IMG/VR virus record: IMGVR_UViG_3300020192_000009 | Coordinates: 1-64,000 of that record | DNA: 64,000 bases | Reading direction: 5' to 3' (one strand) | From: a virus | Shown: piece by piece, positions 10,359 through 19,537 of the stretch | Position numbering within the stretch: position 1 is the first letter of the stretch | How the letters are laid out: the number at the start of each line of letters is the position of its first letter | Notes under the pieces: generated by a model | Seen by the model: the letters and a program-made list of their open reading frames with translations, nothing else | Database searches by the model: none | What the model was told of the DNA's origin: nothing | Translations under genes and position numbers: made by a program

Positions 10359-11747
10359 TTAAAGCGTTCCTTGCGAAAGGCTGTCTGCGAGCCTGAACCA
10401 TGCAAGCGCGTTTGCAGTGTGGCTATTCTGCTCTGCGATTTGTCCAAGGATCGTAAATGCAACACCGCAAGGCCCATGCGCAAGTGCGAGGTATACTAGG
10501 CCTGTTGCTGTTTGCGTGTCACTTTCACGCAAGAAGCTACGGGCAAGTGTTGTTGCCGCAGTAACGAAAGCGGGAACTTGTGCAGCATCATTTTGTGCAG
10601 TAGTGCGCCAGCTACTGATGACATCAATACAACTAGGCAAATTGTCGGCGGCAAACGCGTCATTGAATGCGGCTGCTTCATGGCCTTGTATAGGAATCAT
10701 CTCGGGTGCGTTGTTCACAAGGTCTGTGAAAAGTACGGCTGCAAACGCCTTGGTTTGCGCAACAGAATCGTAATTGAGTTCAACGAATCCGCGATTCGCC
10801 ATAGCATCGAATGCTGTTTGTGCGGGTGTTGTAAGCCCGCGGTGTAGGAGTACTTTTAAATCTGCAAATGATCGCCATTTAGGTAAATGCGGCCAATTGG
10901 TATCTCCCCCCGGGGCGTCGTGCAACAGCGGTATGATGCCCAGTGCGCATGCTTCAATGAGCGTGTAACCCAGGGTTTCCCAAACCGATGCCGAGAGTAG
11001 AAACTTAGCGTCAACCTCACGCAACCACACGGGTGTATTGACAGCGCCGTACATGCATACGTTGTCAGGTGCCGTATGTTCTAGGTAGCGTATCAAGCGT
11101 GGATTGTGCTCTTCCATTGCTGTCGCTACGTGCAACATTACGTTGGGCTGTGAACGCGCCCATTCAAACGCTAGCTGATAGCCTTTGTCGCTGATTACGC
11201 GCGCGACAAGCGCGACCGAGACACGTTGGTTATCTGCGGGGGGCGTCCACACCTGCATTGCAAGCGCGTCTAAGCAAACGCCTGCAGGAATGATGTGTGT
11301 TGCGATTTGCGGGTATGGCAGGTTCAGCCGTTTGAAATGGTCCCGAAATAGGTCTGCCAGGAAAGGGCTTTCAAACACAAGGGCATGCACGTTTTCCCAT
11401 GCAAAGTTTTCCAATGGACCCCAAACATCGAAACCCCGCATACGGATCACAAGGCGGTTGCAAAGCTTGCTGGCGGCGGCAGCGAAAGCGTCTTCATTGC
11501 ACCATTCAGTCCAAACAACATCGGCTTGGGTAGCGGCATAGGGATCAAAGGCACCGTGCAATGTCACCTCGTGACCTTGGCTGCGTAATGCATTTACGGT
11601 TGGCTTTGAGAACTGGGCCCGCCCGCCTACGCCATCTTCCGCAATGGCTGTGCTGTCAAAGACGGCAATGCGCCAATGGGGTGGGGGCGGGGGGACATTG
11701 GCAACATCAATGGTGAGCATTGCCAACCTTCTTACATCAATGGCCAT
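10359..11747 (-). CDS. GT-B (GT4-like) glycosyltransferase with C-terminal TPR
   Basis: VARVISDKG, SVWETLGYTLIEACALG. Confidence 0.8.
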   Translation of the reverse strand: MAIDVRRLAMLTIDVANVPPPPPHWRIAVFDSTAIAEDGVGGRAQFSKPTVNALRSQGHEVTLHGAFDPYAATQADVVWTEWCNEDAFAAAASKLCNRLVIRMRGFDVWGPLENFAWENVHALVFESPFLADLFRDHFKRLNLPYPQIATHIIPAGVCLDALAMQVWTPPADNQRVSVALVARVISDKGYQLAFEWARSQPNVMLHVATAMEEHNPRLIRYLEHTAPDNVCMYGAVNTPVWLREVDAKFLLSASVWETLGYTLIEACALGIIPLLHDAPGGDTNWPHLPKWRSFADLKVLLHRGLTTPAQTAFDAMANRGFVELNYDSVAQTKAFAAVLFTDLVNNAPEMIPIQGHEAAAFNDAFAADNLPSCIDVISSWRTTAQNDAAQVPAFVTAATTLARSFLRESDTQTATGLVYLALAHGPCGVAFTILGQIAEQNSHTANALAWFRLADSLSQGTL

Positions 11748-11779
11748 TGCGCATTCAAGCGCAAAGCGGCATTTCGACG

Positions 11780-12037
11780 TTAGCGCATTGGTACGGGAAT
11801 GTGCTCTTTACGGTGCAACACGACCCAAAGGCCGCCCGCCACAGCCCAAAATGCAATGGTTCCTGCGACAATTCCAATCGTTTTGGAAGTTGTTGGGTGT
11901 TCCGCCTTCGCCAGCTTGCGGGCTAAATACCCGGCGCCAATGCCTGTTATGTTGCCCAATGCCAATGGAACGGCAAACCGCCAAAACGTAACAGGGCAGC
12001 GTCCAGGCGAAGGGGTCATTGCGGCAGGCGTTGGCAT
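11780..12037 (-). CDS. small two-TM membrane protein
   Basis: Two hydrophobic helices; TAAGAT-N7-ATG leaderless promoter. Confidence 0.5.
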   Translation of the reverse strand: MPTPAAMTPSPGRCPVTFWRFAVPLALGNITGIGAGYLARKLAKAEHPTTSKTIGIVAGTIAFWAVAGGLWVVLHRKEHIPVPMR

Positions 12038-12236
12038 TTGTGCAATCTTAAGCGGGAATTTGACAGAAGAAAAACATCATGCACAAATAGTAATTGTGAA
12101 GGGGTTGGTGCATTGGCAACGGGGCCATTGCAATGTGACCGTACGAAACGGCGCTCTGTATGCATTTCGCTCACAAGGCATTATGCGTTTTGAGTGCCGT
12201 TTTTGCGTTTTACCGCTGTTTTCGGGGAAAACCACA

Positions 12237-12749
12237 ATGACGATTAAAAGCAATTACAACCAATGGCAATACGGCGAAGACGGCCCCGGCGGCGGATCCG
12301 TGCCTTACAATGTAATGGCCACTGGGGCGATAGCGCCGTTCTCGCCATTGAATGCGCGTCGGGACATTCAGCAATCAAGCCTACAAGCGCGTACGCGGAT
12401 TCCTGTTGGAATGCGGCCTGGCATGGCTTCACAGGGGCCCTTCCCCGCCGCAGCGGCTGCGCCTTCGGTGGCTGACGCTTCCGATATGATGAATGGCAGC
12501 CTTGGTCGTGTCCTTGGTGCGGATGCTAGTGGCCGTCCCATACGTCATTTTGCAGCTGCCGGGGCGCCTTCAGTGCCTGAAGCATCACGCGCTGTTTCGG
12601 CTTTGCGCCAAATGGCGGAAGTTCTGCGGTCCAACAATGTAACGAATCTGGCGCCCCCTCTGGTGAGTGGGCCGCTTGCGGCGCTTGCGCGGGGCGAAGC
12701 AATCGTTCTGCGCTGGCCCAACGGTGTTGCCCTAACGGCAGCGCTGTAA
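12237..12749 (+). CDS. putative virion protein
   Basis: First gene of the capsid operon; purine-rich RBS before ATG 12237. Confidence 0.5.
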   Translation: MTIKSNYNQWQYGEDGPGGGSVPYNVMATGAIAPFSPLNARRDIQQSSLQARTRIPVGMRPGMASQGPFPAAAAAPSVADASDMMNGSLGRVLGADASGRPIRHFAAAGAPSVPEASRAVSALRQMAEVLRSNNVTNLAPPLVSGPLAALARGEAIVLRWPNGVALTAAL

Positions 12750-12786
12750 CCACCAAAGGGCCTTTGGGTCACAGGGAGAATTGAAC

Positions 12787-12909
12787 ATGGCAAAGAAGAA
12801 AGCAAAGAAGGCCCGCAAGGTATGCGTGCGTCGCAAAGGCCGCGTCACTTGCGGCACGTTGGTCAAGGGTAAGAAGGCGACCAAGAAGCGCCGCAGGGCT
12901 CGCAAGTAG
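12787..12909 (+). CDS. 40-aa protamine-like basic protein (not in ORF track)
   Basis: GGAGAA RBS; MAKKKAKKARKVCVRRKGRVTCGTLVKGKKATKKRRRARK. Confidence 0.75.
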   Translation: MAKKKAKKARKVCVRRKGRVTCGTLVKGKKATKKRRRARK

Positions 12910-12965
12910 TCGCGCAAGCGGCACAACCTTTCGCACAAACCTTAAAGAAAAAACGGAGAATTCAC

Positions 12966-13559
12966 ATGGCACGTCGTCGTCGGCATCGGCTTGGTAATGA
13001 TGGTTTGGAAGGCGCTTTTAGCGATCCTTCTGTTGCAGGCCCCCTTCTGGGTGGCGGTTTGACGCAGGCAGCTTCTATGGCCACGCGGATGCTTTTCAAG
13101 AAAAAGCCATCCATGGTCAAGTGGTCGCCTGTCATTGGTTTGTTGGTTGGCGGCGGCGCTAGCGCTGCATTGCTTTTCACTCGCCACAAGCAGACCGGCT
13201 TGGCTGGTTTGATCACTTCGGCTCTCATTGCAATTCCAGCCCAGCTGGAAAGCGCTTTGAATATGCCTGCGCGGACCGCAGGGTATTTGGGCGTTATCAC
13301 ACCTGAACAAGAGATGGCTGGCGCCTTCGGTTACGAAGACGGCGGTTACTCAGATGACGGGATGAACGACGCGTTTGGCGCTGACATGTCGCAAGACATT
13401 CAGTTGCTTGACGGTGGTTCGGGTTCCACTGGCGTGTTGGGCGTTGTTACGCCTGAGCGTGAGATGGACGGAATGAGCGGCGCGTTTGGCGCTGGTGGTT
13501 TCGGCGCGAACAACGACGTTGAGTTGCTTGGTTTCGGCAGCAACTTCTTGTCGCAATAA
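12966..13559 (+). CDS. membrane/scaffold-like virion protein
   Basis: GGAGAA RBS; basic N-terminus, hydrophobic helices, acidic Gly-rich tail with repeated FG/LG; directly upstream of the MCP candidate. Confidence 0.6.
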   Translation: MARRRRHRLGNDGLEGAFSDPSVAGPLLGGGLTQAASMATRMLFKKKPSMVKWSPVIGLLVGGGASAALLFTRHKQTGLAGLITSALIAIPAQLESALNMPARTAGYLGVITPEQEMAGAFGYEDGGYSDDGMNDAFGADMSQDIQLLDGGSGSTGVLGVVTPEREMDGMSGAFGAGGFGANNDVELLGFGSNFLSQ

Positions 13560-13580
13560 ACAGCAAGTGTTCTGAGTTCC

Positions 13581-13628
13581 GGCCCGTGTGTTTGGTGCGA
13601 CAAACAGCGACACACGGGTTGTTTTTTC
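13581..13628 (+). terminator. hairpin plus U-tract in the MCP leader (terminator or attenuator)
   Basis: CCCGTGTGT...ACACACGGG stem then TTGTTTTTT. Confidence 0.5.
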
Positions 13629-13695
13629 CATACTGTTAAGGCCTGGTACCAGGACCATACCGGCGACGCCGACCCTGGATGAAAGCAAAGTAAAA

Positions 13696-14454
13696 ATGTC
13701 TCGTGGAACACTGACCGTTCGAGTTCGTGGCGTGCCCTTTCCAATCGAGTTCGCTGACTGGACCCATGATCGCCTTTACCACACGGTAGAGCTTCAAGGC
13801 CTGGACAGCACCGAAATTCGCGCCTTCGTGGGCGGTGTTGGTTCTGCCATTCCTGGCGGATCCCGCACCTTGACTGAAGTTGACACCAACATTCCTCGTT
13901 CCGGTGACACCGGTCTGCAGGACGGTTGGGAAATGCTGATCTACAGCATTCAGGTCGGCATCACCCGCGAGACGATTACCACCACTGGTAACGCTGTTTC
14001 GTTGCAGGACACCGCAGGCACGGCAGTTTCGCGACCTGCTCACGTTGGTGGTTACGATCCAGCGTACACCGCTGGTGGCGTCATGTTCGACTTCCTTCGC
14101 AAGACCTTCCACCGCTTCGCAGTGAACCAAAAGGTTCAGAGCGAAGGACCTGTGGAAGAGTACCCACAGGGATCGGGCATTTCGGTGTTCGGTACCACGA
14201 CCAGCTTGGAAGTTGCCAACAACGGCAACCCTTCGCCTCGTGACCAAAGCGCTTTCGTGTTGCCAATTTGGCTGCGCCCAAACATCGCGTACACCTCGGT
14301 GCTGAAGCCCGCTGCCGCTCTCGGCTTGCAAGGTTCTCCTGGCGCTGGTTTCCTTCAGGGCTACACCAACTGGTCTGGCTTTGCTGATACCGGTTCGAGC
14401 ACGTTCGACGTGCGCGTGACGCTTGAAGGCTTGCTGAAACGCCCAGTCGTATAA
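13696..14454 (+). CDS. candidate major capsid protein (single jelly-roll type, large)
   Basis: 252 aa, beta-rich; C-ending codon bias suggesting high expression; strong terminator follows; no HK97 context. Fold is inferred. Confidence 0.6.
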   Translation: MSRGTLTVRVRGVPFPIEFADWTHDRLYHTVELQGLDSTEIRAFVGGVGSAIPGGSRTLTEVDTNIPRSGDTGLQDGWEMLIYSIQVGITRETITTTGNAVSLQDTAGTAVSRPAHVGGYDPAYTAGGVMFDFLRKTFHRFAVNQKVQSEGPVEEYPQGSGISVFGTTTSLEVANNGNPSPRDQSAFVLPIWLRPNIAYTSVLKPAAALGLQGSPGAGFLQGYTNWSGFADTGSSTFDVRVTLEGLLKRPVV

Positions 14455-14470
14455 CGTTTCACCTCCAAAG

Positions 14471-15166
14471 TTAAACGCTTAAAAGGGTCGCTGCGGAAAC
14501 GTAGCGACCCTTTATTTTTTGTGTGTTGGCAACTTTGAACAAGCGCAACAAAGGTTGTGATTTCAAAACGTGCAAGACGCCTACTGTAAGCCTGTTTTCT
14601 ACGTATTGCCGGTCACGTGAGATCCCTAGGTTTGTAAGCGCGACGGCGATTGCCTCTATCATAGCGGGCGCTGCGCTAGCCAAATTCCAGCCTGTTGCGG
14701 TGTCTGTTTGGGAGCCTTTGGCGCGATACAGGTCCAACAGCCATTCAAGCCCTTCGCCGCCGTAGCGATTGAGTGTGAAAGGCTCTTCGTGCCTTGACCA
14801 TAGCGTCAGCGTAGGCGCATCTGCGGTTACCAAATAGGCTTGGGAATCCGCAAAGCGTAACCAATCAAAAGGCGCATCGCTTGCGGTTGCTCGATACGGT
14901 ACGGTGTCTTCCACACGGGCTGTGATTGCGCTGCCAGGGCCTAGGGCAGGAAACGCCCACGACGGCAATGTGCATGTCACAGAAGGGCGCGACAATGGGT
15001 AACGCGCAATTACAAAGATCGGCGCAAAGCCCGCAATGGATAAACGCACCCAATCAGGCGGCGTAAAGCCCGTGGCCCGCAATTGCGCGACAATGGCCGC
15101 GGGGATTGTGATGCGTAAATTGCCTTTACTGCCTTCGGCGCGAACAATTGTTGAAAATGGCGTCAT
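14471..15166 (-). CDS. hypothetical DNA-binding protein; AbrB-like N-terminus, possible degenerate LAGLIDADG C-terminus
   Basis: GSKGNLRITIP; WLLDLYRAKGS. Confidence 0.35.
   Translation of the reverse strand: MTPFSTIVRAEGSKGNLRITIPAAIVAQLRATGFTPPDWVRLSIAGFAPIFVIARYPLSRPSVTCTLPSWAFPALGPGSAITARVEDTVPYRATASDAPFDWLRFADSQAYLVTADAPTLTLWSRHEEPFTLNRYGGEGLEWLLDLYRAKGSQTDTATGWNLASAAPAMIEAIAVALTNLGISRDRQYVENRLTVGVLHVLKSQPLLRLFKVANTQKIKGRYVSAATLLSV
14482..14520 (+). terminator. rho-independent terminator (possibly bidirectional)
   Basis: AAAGGGTCGCTGCG-GAAA-CGTAGCGACCCTTT followed by ATTTTTT. Confidence 0.85.
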
Positions 15167-15236
15167 TGTTTAAGTAGACCTTCTTGCGCCCCATTGCCAA
15201 TAGGCGCAATGCTGAAAAGCGAGGTTTCACAAAAAA

Positions 15237-15761
15237 ATGCCCACCGCTGACGAACTTGCCGCAATGGCCCGTAACAATGCTGGCACCAATGCCATGCTAA
15301 TGCAGATCGCCCCAATCATTGCTAAGACATTGGCGCGGATTCAACCCCTGTTGGACCAGCCGATCATTCGGATGCCGTACAACTTCCCATTGGCCAACAC
15401 CGCGACGCTTTCTGCGGGGCAAACGGGCGTGCCATTGGCCGAAACGGATTTCTTGAACGCTCTCGAATGGCCGTTCGAGATTCACAAGATCAAGTTTTCT
15501 CAGGATGCATCGCACACGGCACGCGATTGGCGTGTGACGATTCAAGACCAGACGTTCAATCAGAACTTCATGAAGAATTCGACACTTGTTGCCGATTTGA
15601 TCGACAACAACACGGGTTCTTGGGATATCAGCAATTACCCCTGGATTGCGCGACCAAAGGGCGGCGGCATCAAGGTAACCGCTGACAATTTGGACACTAG
15701 CAACCCAATTCAAGTTGACATCAACTTCATTGGGTACCTGATGATTCCACGTTCCCGCTAA
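15237..15761 (+). CDS. candidate second (small) single jelly-roll capsid protein
   Basis: 174 aa of alternating beta strands ending in INFIGYL; GAGG RBS; high-expression codon usage. Confidence 0.55.
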   Translation: MPTADELAAMARNNAGTNAMLMQIAPIIAKTLARIQPLLDQPIIRMPYNFPLANTATLSAGQTGVPLAETDFLNALEWPFEIHKIKFSQDASHTARDWRVTIQDQTFNQNFMKNSTLVADLIDNNTGSWDISNYPWIARPKGGGIKVTADNLDTSNPIQVDINFIGYLMIPRSR

Positions 15762-15791
15762 AAAACCGTACGTTTCGTGTAAACTGGCACA

Positions 15792-16253
15792 ATGCGAACG
15801 ATGGAAGACATACTTGGCGGATCTGGATCCTTCGATGGGCCCAGCGCAGGCATTGCCCTTGCAGCATTGTCGTCGTCTGGGGTTTCAGGGCAAGTCAATT
15901 CAGAGCCGCTAGGTAGCCTTACCGGGGCACCTCCATGGGCCCGCCTTGAGCGTATTCAAGTGATCCCCTACACCGCTGTTGGTACCGCCGGGCGGCAAGC
16001 AACTGTACTTGCCCCTGCGCAGCGCCAAAACCGTGTGATTGTTTGCACAGCGCCAGCTGTCGGGTTTGCGGTTTACGTCGGAGATTCCGGCGTGCGTCCG
16101 GGGTTTGCGTTCCAGCTGCCACCAGGATTAGCGTATGACGTGATTATTCCTGGCGGTCAGATTTTGTACGCGGTAACCGATGCGCCAAGTTATTTGCCAG
16201 TGCAAGTCCAAAACGCAGCGTTGCTAATGGGCGGCACAGAGCGTCGTGCCTAA
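15792..16253 (+). CDS. putative minor capsid or penton-like protein
   Basis: Beta-rich C-terminal ~100 aa; leaderless promoter. Confidence 0.4.
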   Translation: MRTMEDILGGSGSFDGPSAGIALAALSSSGVSGQVNSEPLGSLTGAPPWARLERIQVIPYTAVGTAGRQATVLAPAQRQNRVIVCTAPAVGFAVYVGDSGVRPGFAFQLPPGLAYDVIIPGGQILYAVTDAPSYLPVQVQNAALLMGGTERRA

Positions 16254-16887
16254 ACGCAAAGGCAAGCGGCGCATTGCCGCGTGGCTGCGCCGCTTACCGC
16301 CTTGGGTTGCACCTGCAGGGCTTAGCGTATTAGCGTTGGGCGCTTTCGTAGCAGCTTTGGCCAGCACCAATACTAGGGTGCGGCGTCCAGGGGAAATCAC
16401 CCCTGCAATTTATAGCTTAGCTTTGAAATGGGCACAGGCGCGCGGATTACCGGCGTCTTGGGTGCTAGCGACAATTTTGGCAGAATCTAGTGGGAGTACA
16501 CAGGCTGAAGGTGATTGCACGAAAGATGGCGTACGGTTGTCCGAGTGCCGTTCAGTTGGCTTAATGCAAGTCAACTGGGCGGTGCACGGACCGCGGTTGC
16601 AACAATTAGGCATCGCAGCGTCTCGGGATGCGCTTTTTAGCCCTGCAGCCAATATCGAAGCTGGAACGCTCTTTTTGCGCGAGGCATACAACGCCGTGAA
16701 GAGCGCTTTGGCCGTTCGCGCATCTTCAGTGCCTCTGGATATGCTCGTTCGTTACGCTTACACAGGGCCTGCCCTTGCAGTCTCGGCTATCAAACGGGGC
16801 GTTGATCCCGCAGATGTTTACAAAAACAGCGATGCGCTTATGGCCACATGGAACCGTGCATTGACACGTGCTCAGGGCTTGGCTTAA
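16246..16887 (+). CDS. membrane-anchored lytic transglycosylase (SLT-like)
   Basis: TM helix; ILAESSG catalytic Glu, GLMQVN, NIEAG. Confidence 0.85.
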   Translation: MPKRKGKRRIAAWLRRLPPWVAPAGLSVLALGAFVAALASTNTRVRRPGEITPAIYSLALKWAQARGLPASWVLATILAESSGSTQAEGDCTKDGVRLSECRSVGLMQVNWAVHGPRLQQLGIAASRDALFSPAANIEAGTLFLREAYNAVKSALAVRASSVPLDMLVRYAYTGPALAVSAIKRGVDPADVYKNSDALMATWNRALTRAQGLA

Positions 16888-16931
16888 ACGTCGAACTTTC
16901 AGCCCGGCTTTGATTGTGCCAATATAGGGCA

Positions 16932-17411
16932 ATGCTGAGCCGTACTTACACTGTTCTGATGCCTTCGGACGCAGGGACTTACCCCACGGTCGATATTCCT
17001 GTCGAAAACTTCAACCCCACGGCAGCTGTGGCTCCTGTGGTTGTCGGTGTAGACGGGTTCTACTCGGAATGGCGCAACTTGCCGATTCGAGTGCCTGTTA
17101 AGGCAGGTGCTGCCGCAACGCCTGCAGCTGGCTTCGTACCGCGCTTTAGGCTTGGTTACAGTTTGGCAGTTTCTCAAGTTGGTGGCATCGGGGCAGCTAA
17201 TTTGTTAGCTGTGCGCCTTTCACGGTCGCTTGTTGGCAACGTGATTTCAAACGCTGCGGGCACGACAACGCCGGGTGACGGGACCTTCCAAGACCCTTCG
17301 GGTGCGCCCACGATTCGGTTATTGAACACGGCAGCCGTGCAAGGCTTGACCTTCCGTGTGAGTTTGCTGGTTCCCACACAAATTGAAGATGCGCGTAACG
17401 GAGTGGGCTAA
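16932..17411 (+). CDS. putative virion protein
   Basis: Beta-rich; CAATAT-N6-ATG. Confidence 0.45.
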   Translation: MLSRTYTVLMPSDAGTYPTVDIPVENFNPTAAVAPVVVGVDGFYSEWRNLPIRVPVKAGAAATPAAGFVPRFRLGYSLAVSQVGGIGAANLLAVRLSRSLVGNVISNAAGTTTPGDGTFQDPSGAPTIRLLNTAAVQGLTFRVSLLVPTQIEDARNGVG

Positions 17412-17896
17412 TGCAAACGAACAGTGGTTTCGGGTATCTCGGTTATGGCGCACGCGTGTATCAAGAGCCCGAAAACGATCCTTCTGCAGAAAGCGGACCT
17501 GTTCGCAGGGCATCAGGCGCGCTCGTACGTATTACCGATCCACCACGCATGGTCTACAGGTCGCCACATGCCGTTGTGCCCGATGCTGAAAGCGGCGCGG
17601 TTTACAACAATCCTCCCGTGTGGCAAGACAAGTTTTTGCCTGATGGCCGACTTGTCTCAATGCACGGGGTAGAACTGACAGAAGAGGCTGAAAGCGCTGC
17701 TCAAAGTTTGGCGATATTCGCTACGCTTGGGTTTACTGTGTTTGGCGTCATAATCGGCGCAGGAACCGGCAAGAGTAATGAAAACCTCTGGAAACGCGCA
17801 GGCGTTGCAGGCTTACTCGGTGCAGGCGCAGGACTCTTGGTTACCGGCGTCGCAGGCCGTACAGCAAAACTCGCGACAATCTTGCGCAAAACATAG
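17411..17896 (+). CDS. membrane protein
   Basis: Two C-terminal hydrophobic helices; N-terminal GFGYLGYG. Confidence 0.55.
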   Translation: MQTNSGFGYLGYGARVYQEPENDPSAESGPVRRASGALVRITDPPRMVYRSPHAVVPDAESGAVYNNPPVWQDKFLPDGRLVSMHGVELTEEAESAAQSLAIFATLGFTVFGVIIGAGTGKSNENLWKRAGVAGLLGAGAGLLVTGVAGRTAKLATILRKT

Positions 17897-17908
17897 GCGG
17901 CACTTTCC

Positions 17909-19003
17909 ATGGCAACCAAATCCTCTACAACTATCGACGTTGTGACAGCCGCACAGTTCTTGCAAAAGCGTTACGCTGATTTGCAAATTCTGGCAGCAAA
18001 GCTTGTCGAAAGTGTCAATACCACTAAGCGGCCTTTGCCCTGCAAAGTTATCAGTAACTACAACCAGGCTGTCAAAGAGTACTTGAGTGCGGGCAAGCAA
18101 GTTTTCGATCAATTGGCAGCAAAGGGCATCGTTGTAGATCAAATTGTCTACCGTGATGGCAAGCCCGCGCAAGCGCCTGACGATGCTTCTAAAATCTTGG
18201 TGCAAACGCTTGTCAGCCCTTTACGCCCAGCGATCTTCGTTCCAGGACCTGAATGTCCTGCTGCTGTGCGTTTTGCAGGTCAAGACGAAGCGCCTTTAGG
18301 CATAGCACCTTTGGTTGTCGGAGTTATCGAAGCTAGCCTTGCTGCCGGGCGCGCTATTGGGCCTTGGTTAATGCGCACAGGTGGCGCAGCGGTCTTGCTG
18401 TATTTCACTGGTGAAGCTGTTAAAGCGACGGTGGGCCCTTTGACAATCGTTCGCGATACGGTTGTTGGCTACGATCCTGCCGCGTTGCCTACCGCGTACA
18501 CAAAGTGCATTGAAGTTGCAATCGCTGCAGGGATCTCTCCTGAAAAAGCGGGTAATGATTGCAATGCTAAAACCGCAGGCAATGCCCTTGGTATTTTTGG
18601 TTGGATTGGTTTAGGCGTTGTGACGTTGGGCGCTGGCGCGGGTTTGTATTGGTGGTTTAAGCGGCGCGGTGGCGGGGGTGGCGGCATGATTGACGACGCT
18701 GACGCTGACGCTGACGATGACGCTGACGCTGACGATGACGCCGACGAGGAATATATCGCGCCGCGTAAAAAGCAAAAACGCCTTGGGCGCGCTGCGCCGC
18801 AAGCTGCTGCAACTGACGAAGACGAAGATGTTGCCAACGACGTTGCCTCTGCTGTTGCCGATGCAACGCCACCAAAAGCCAAGCGTAAGCGCAAAGGCAG
18901 TGTGGCCGCAGAGGATTACACAGTGCCCGGCGGAGAATTGTCGATGTCCGATTTTGGGGACGTTGCCGCTTCTGATACGCTAGACGAATGTCCTACGATC
19001 TAA
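17909..19003 (+). CDS. membrane protein with acidic DA-repeat and basic tail
   Basis: TM helix then YWWFKRR; (GACGCT)n-encoded acidic run. Confidence 0.6.
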   Translation: MATKSSTTIDVVTAAQFLQKRYADLQILAAKLVESVNTTKRPLPCKVISNYNQAVKEYLSAGKQVFDQLAAKGIVVDQIVYRDGKPAQAPDDASKILVQTLVSPLRPAIFVPGPECPAAVRFAGQDEAPLGIAPLVVGVIEASLAAGRAIGPWLMRTGGAAVLLYFTGEAVKATVGPLTIVRDTVVGYDPAALPTAYTKCIEVAIAAGISPEKAGNDCNAKTAGNALGIFGWIGLGVVTLGAGAGLYWWFKRRGGGGGGMIDDADADADDDADADDDADEEYIAPRKKQKRLGRAAPQAAATDEDEDVANDVASAVADATPPKAKRKRKGSVAAEDYTVPGGELSMSDFGDVAASDTLDECPTI

Positions 19004-19182
19004 AAAGGCCAAAACAGCCCGTAAATGGTGCGTCTACGGGAAACGGGGCGGGTGCGCTTCTCGCAGGTGCGGGTATGGCTGCGCTTTTCGGCGGGTTAGC
19101 CGCGGCTTTTAGCGGCGGCGCTAAAAAACCGGGTCTTGGGCGTCCTGGCGTAAAAGCCAAGCCTTGCAAGTGCGGGCGGTAA
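18988..19182 (+). CDS. small membrane protein
   Basis: Single TM, basic and Cys tail. Confidence 0.5.
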   Translation: MSYDLKRPKQPVNGASTGNGAGALLAGAGMAALFGGLAAAFSGGAKKPGLGRPGVKAKPCKCGR

Positions 19183-19186
19183 TTCG

Positions 19187-19384
19187 ATGCCTACACATCA
19201 AGCGGGTGGTTCGTTTCGGCAAGGCCCTCAAGGGCTCCAAGGCGAAGCTGGCGCATTCGGTGGCCCTGCAGGCGCACAAGGTGCAATAGGTGAAACTGGC
19301 GCTGTGGGCCCGCACGGCTTTCAAGGCATAACCGGAACCAATGGCATTGCTGGCATCAATGGGGTCGCGAAGGCTCGACTGTGA
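19187..19384 (+). CDS. mini collagen-like protein
   Basis: G-X-Y repeats over about 50 aa. Confidence 0.5.
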   Translation: MPTHQAGGSFRQGPQGLQGEAGAFGGPAGAQGAIGETGAVGPHGFQGITGTNGIAGINGVAKARL

Positions 19385-19469
19385 TGAATTCACTATTGCA
19401 ATGCCATGTTCGCGTGCAATATTCCCGTAGCTTTTGAAGCCTAAGAGATTGCCTTAGGTTTCTGTTCTG

Positions 19470-19520
19470 ACGCCTTTTGCGATGGTCTGTTAAACCCTTG
19501 CAAAAGGCGTTTCCTTTTTT
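19470..19520 (+). terminator. terminator
   Basis: ACGCCTTTTGC...GCAAAAGGCGT stem then TTCCTTTTTT between convergent genes. Confidence 0.6.
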
Positions 19521-19537
19521 AGGCGCTTACGTCTTTT

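Noticed and set aside
11799-12236. N-terminal extension of the 316-aa ORF
   Set aside because: It overlaps an opposite-strand membrane gene and the divergent promoter region; ATG 12237 has a better RBS.
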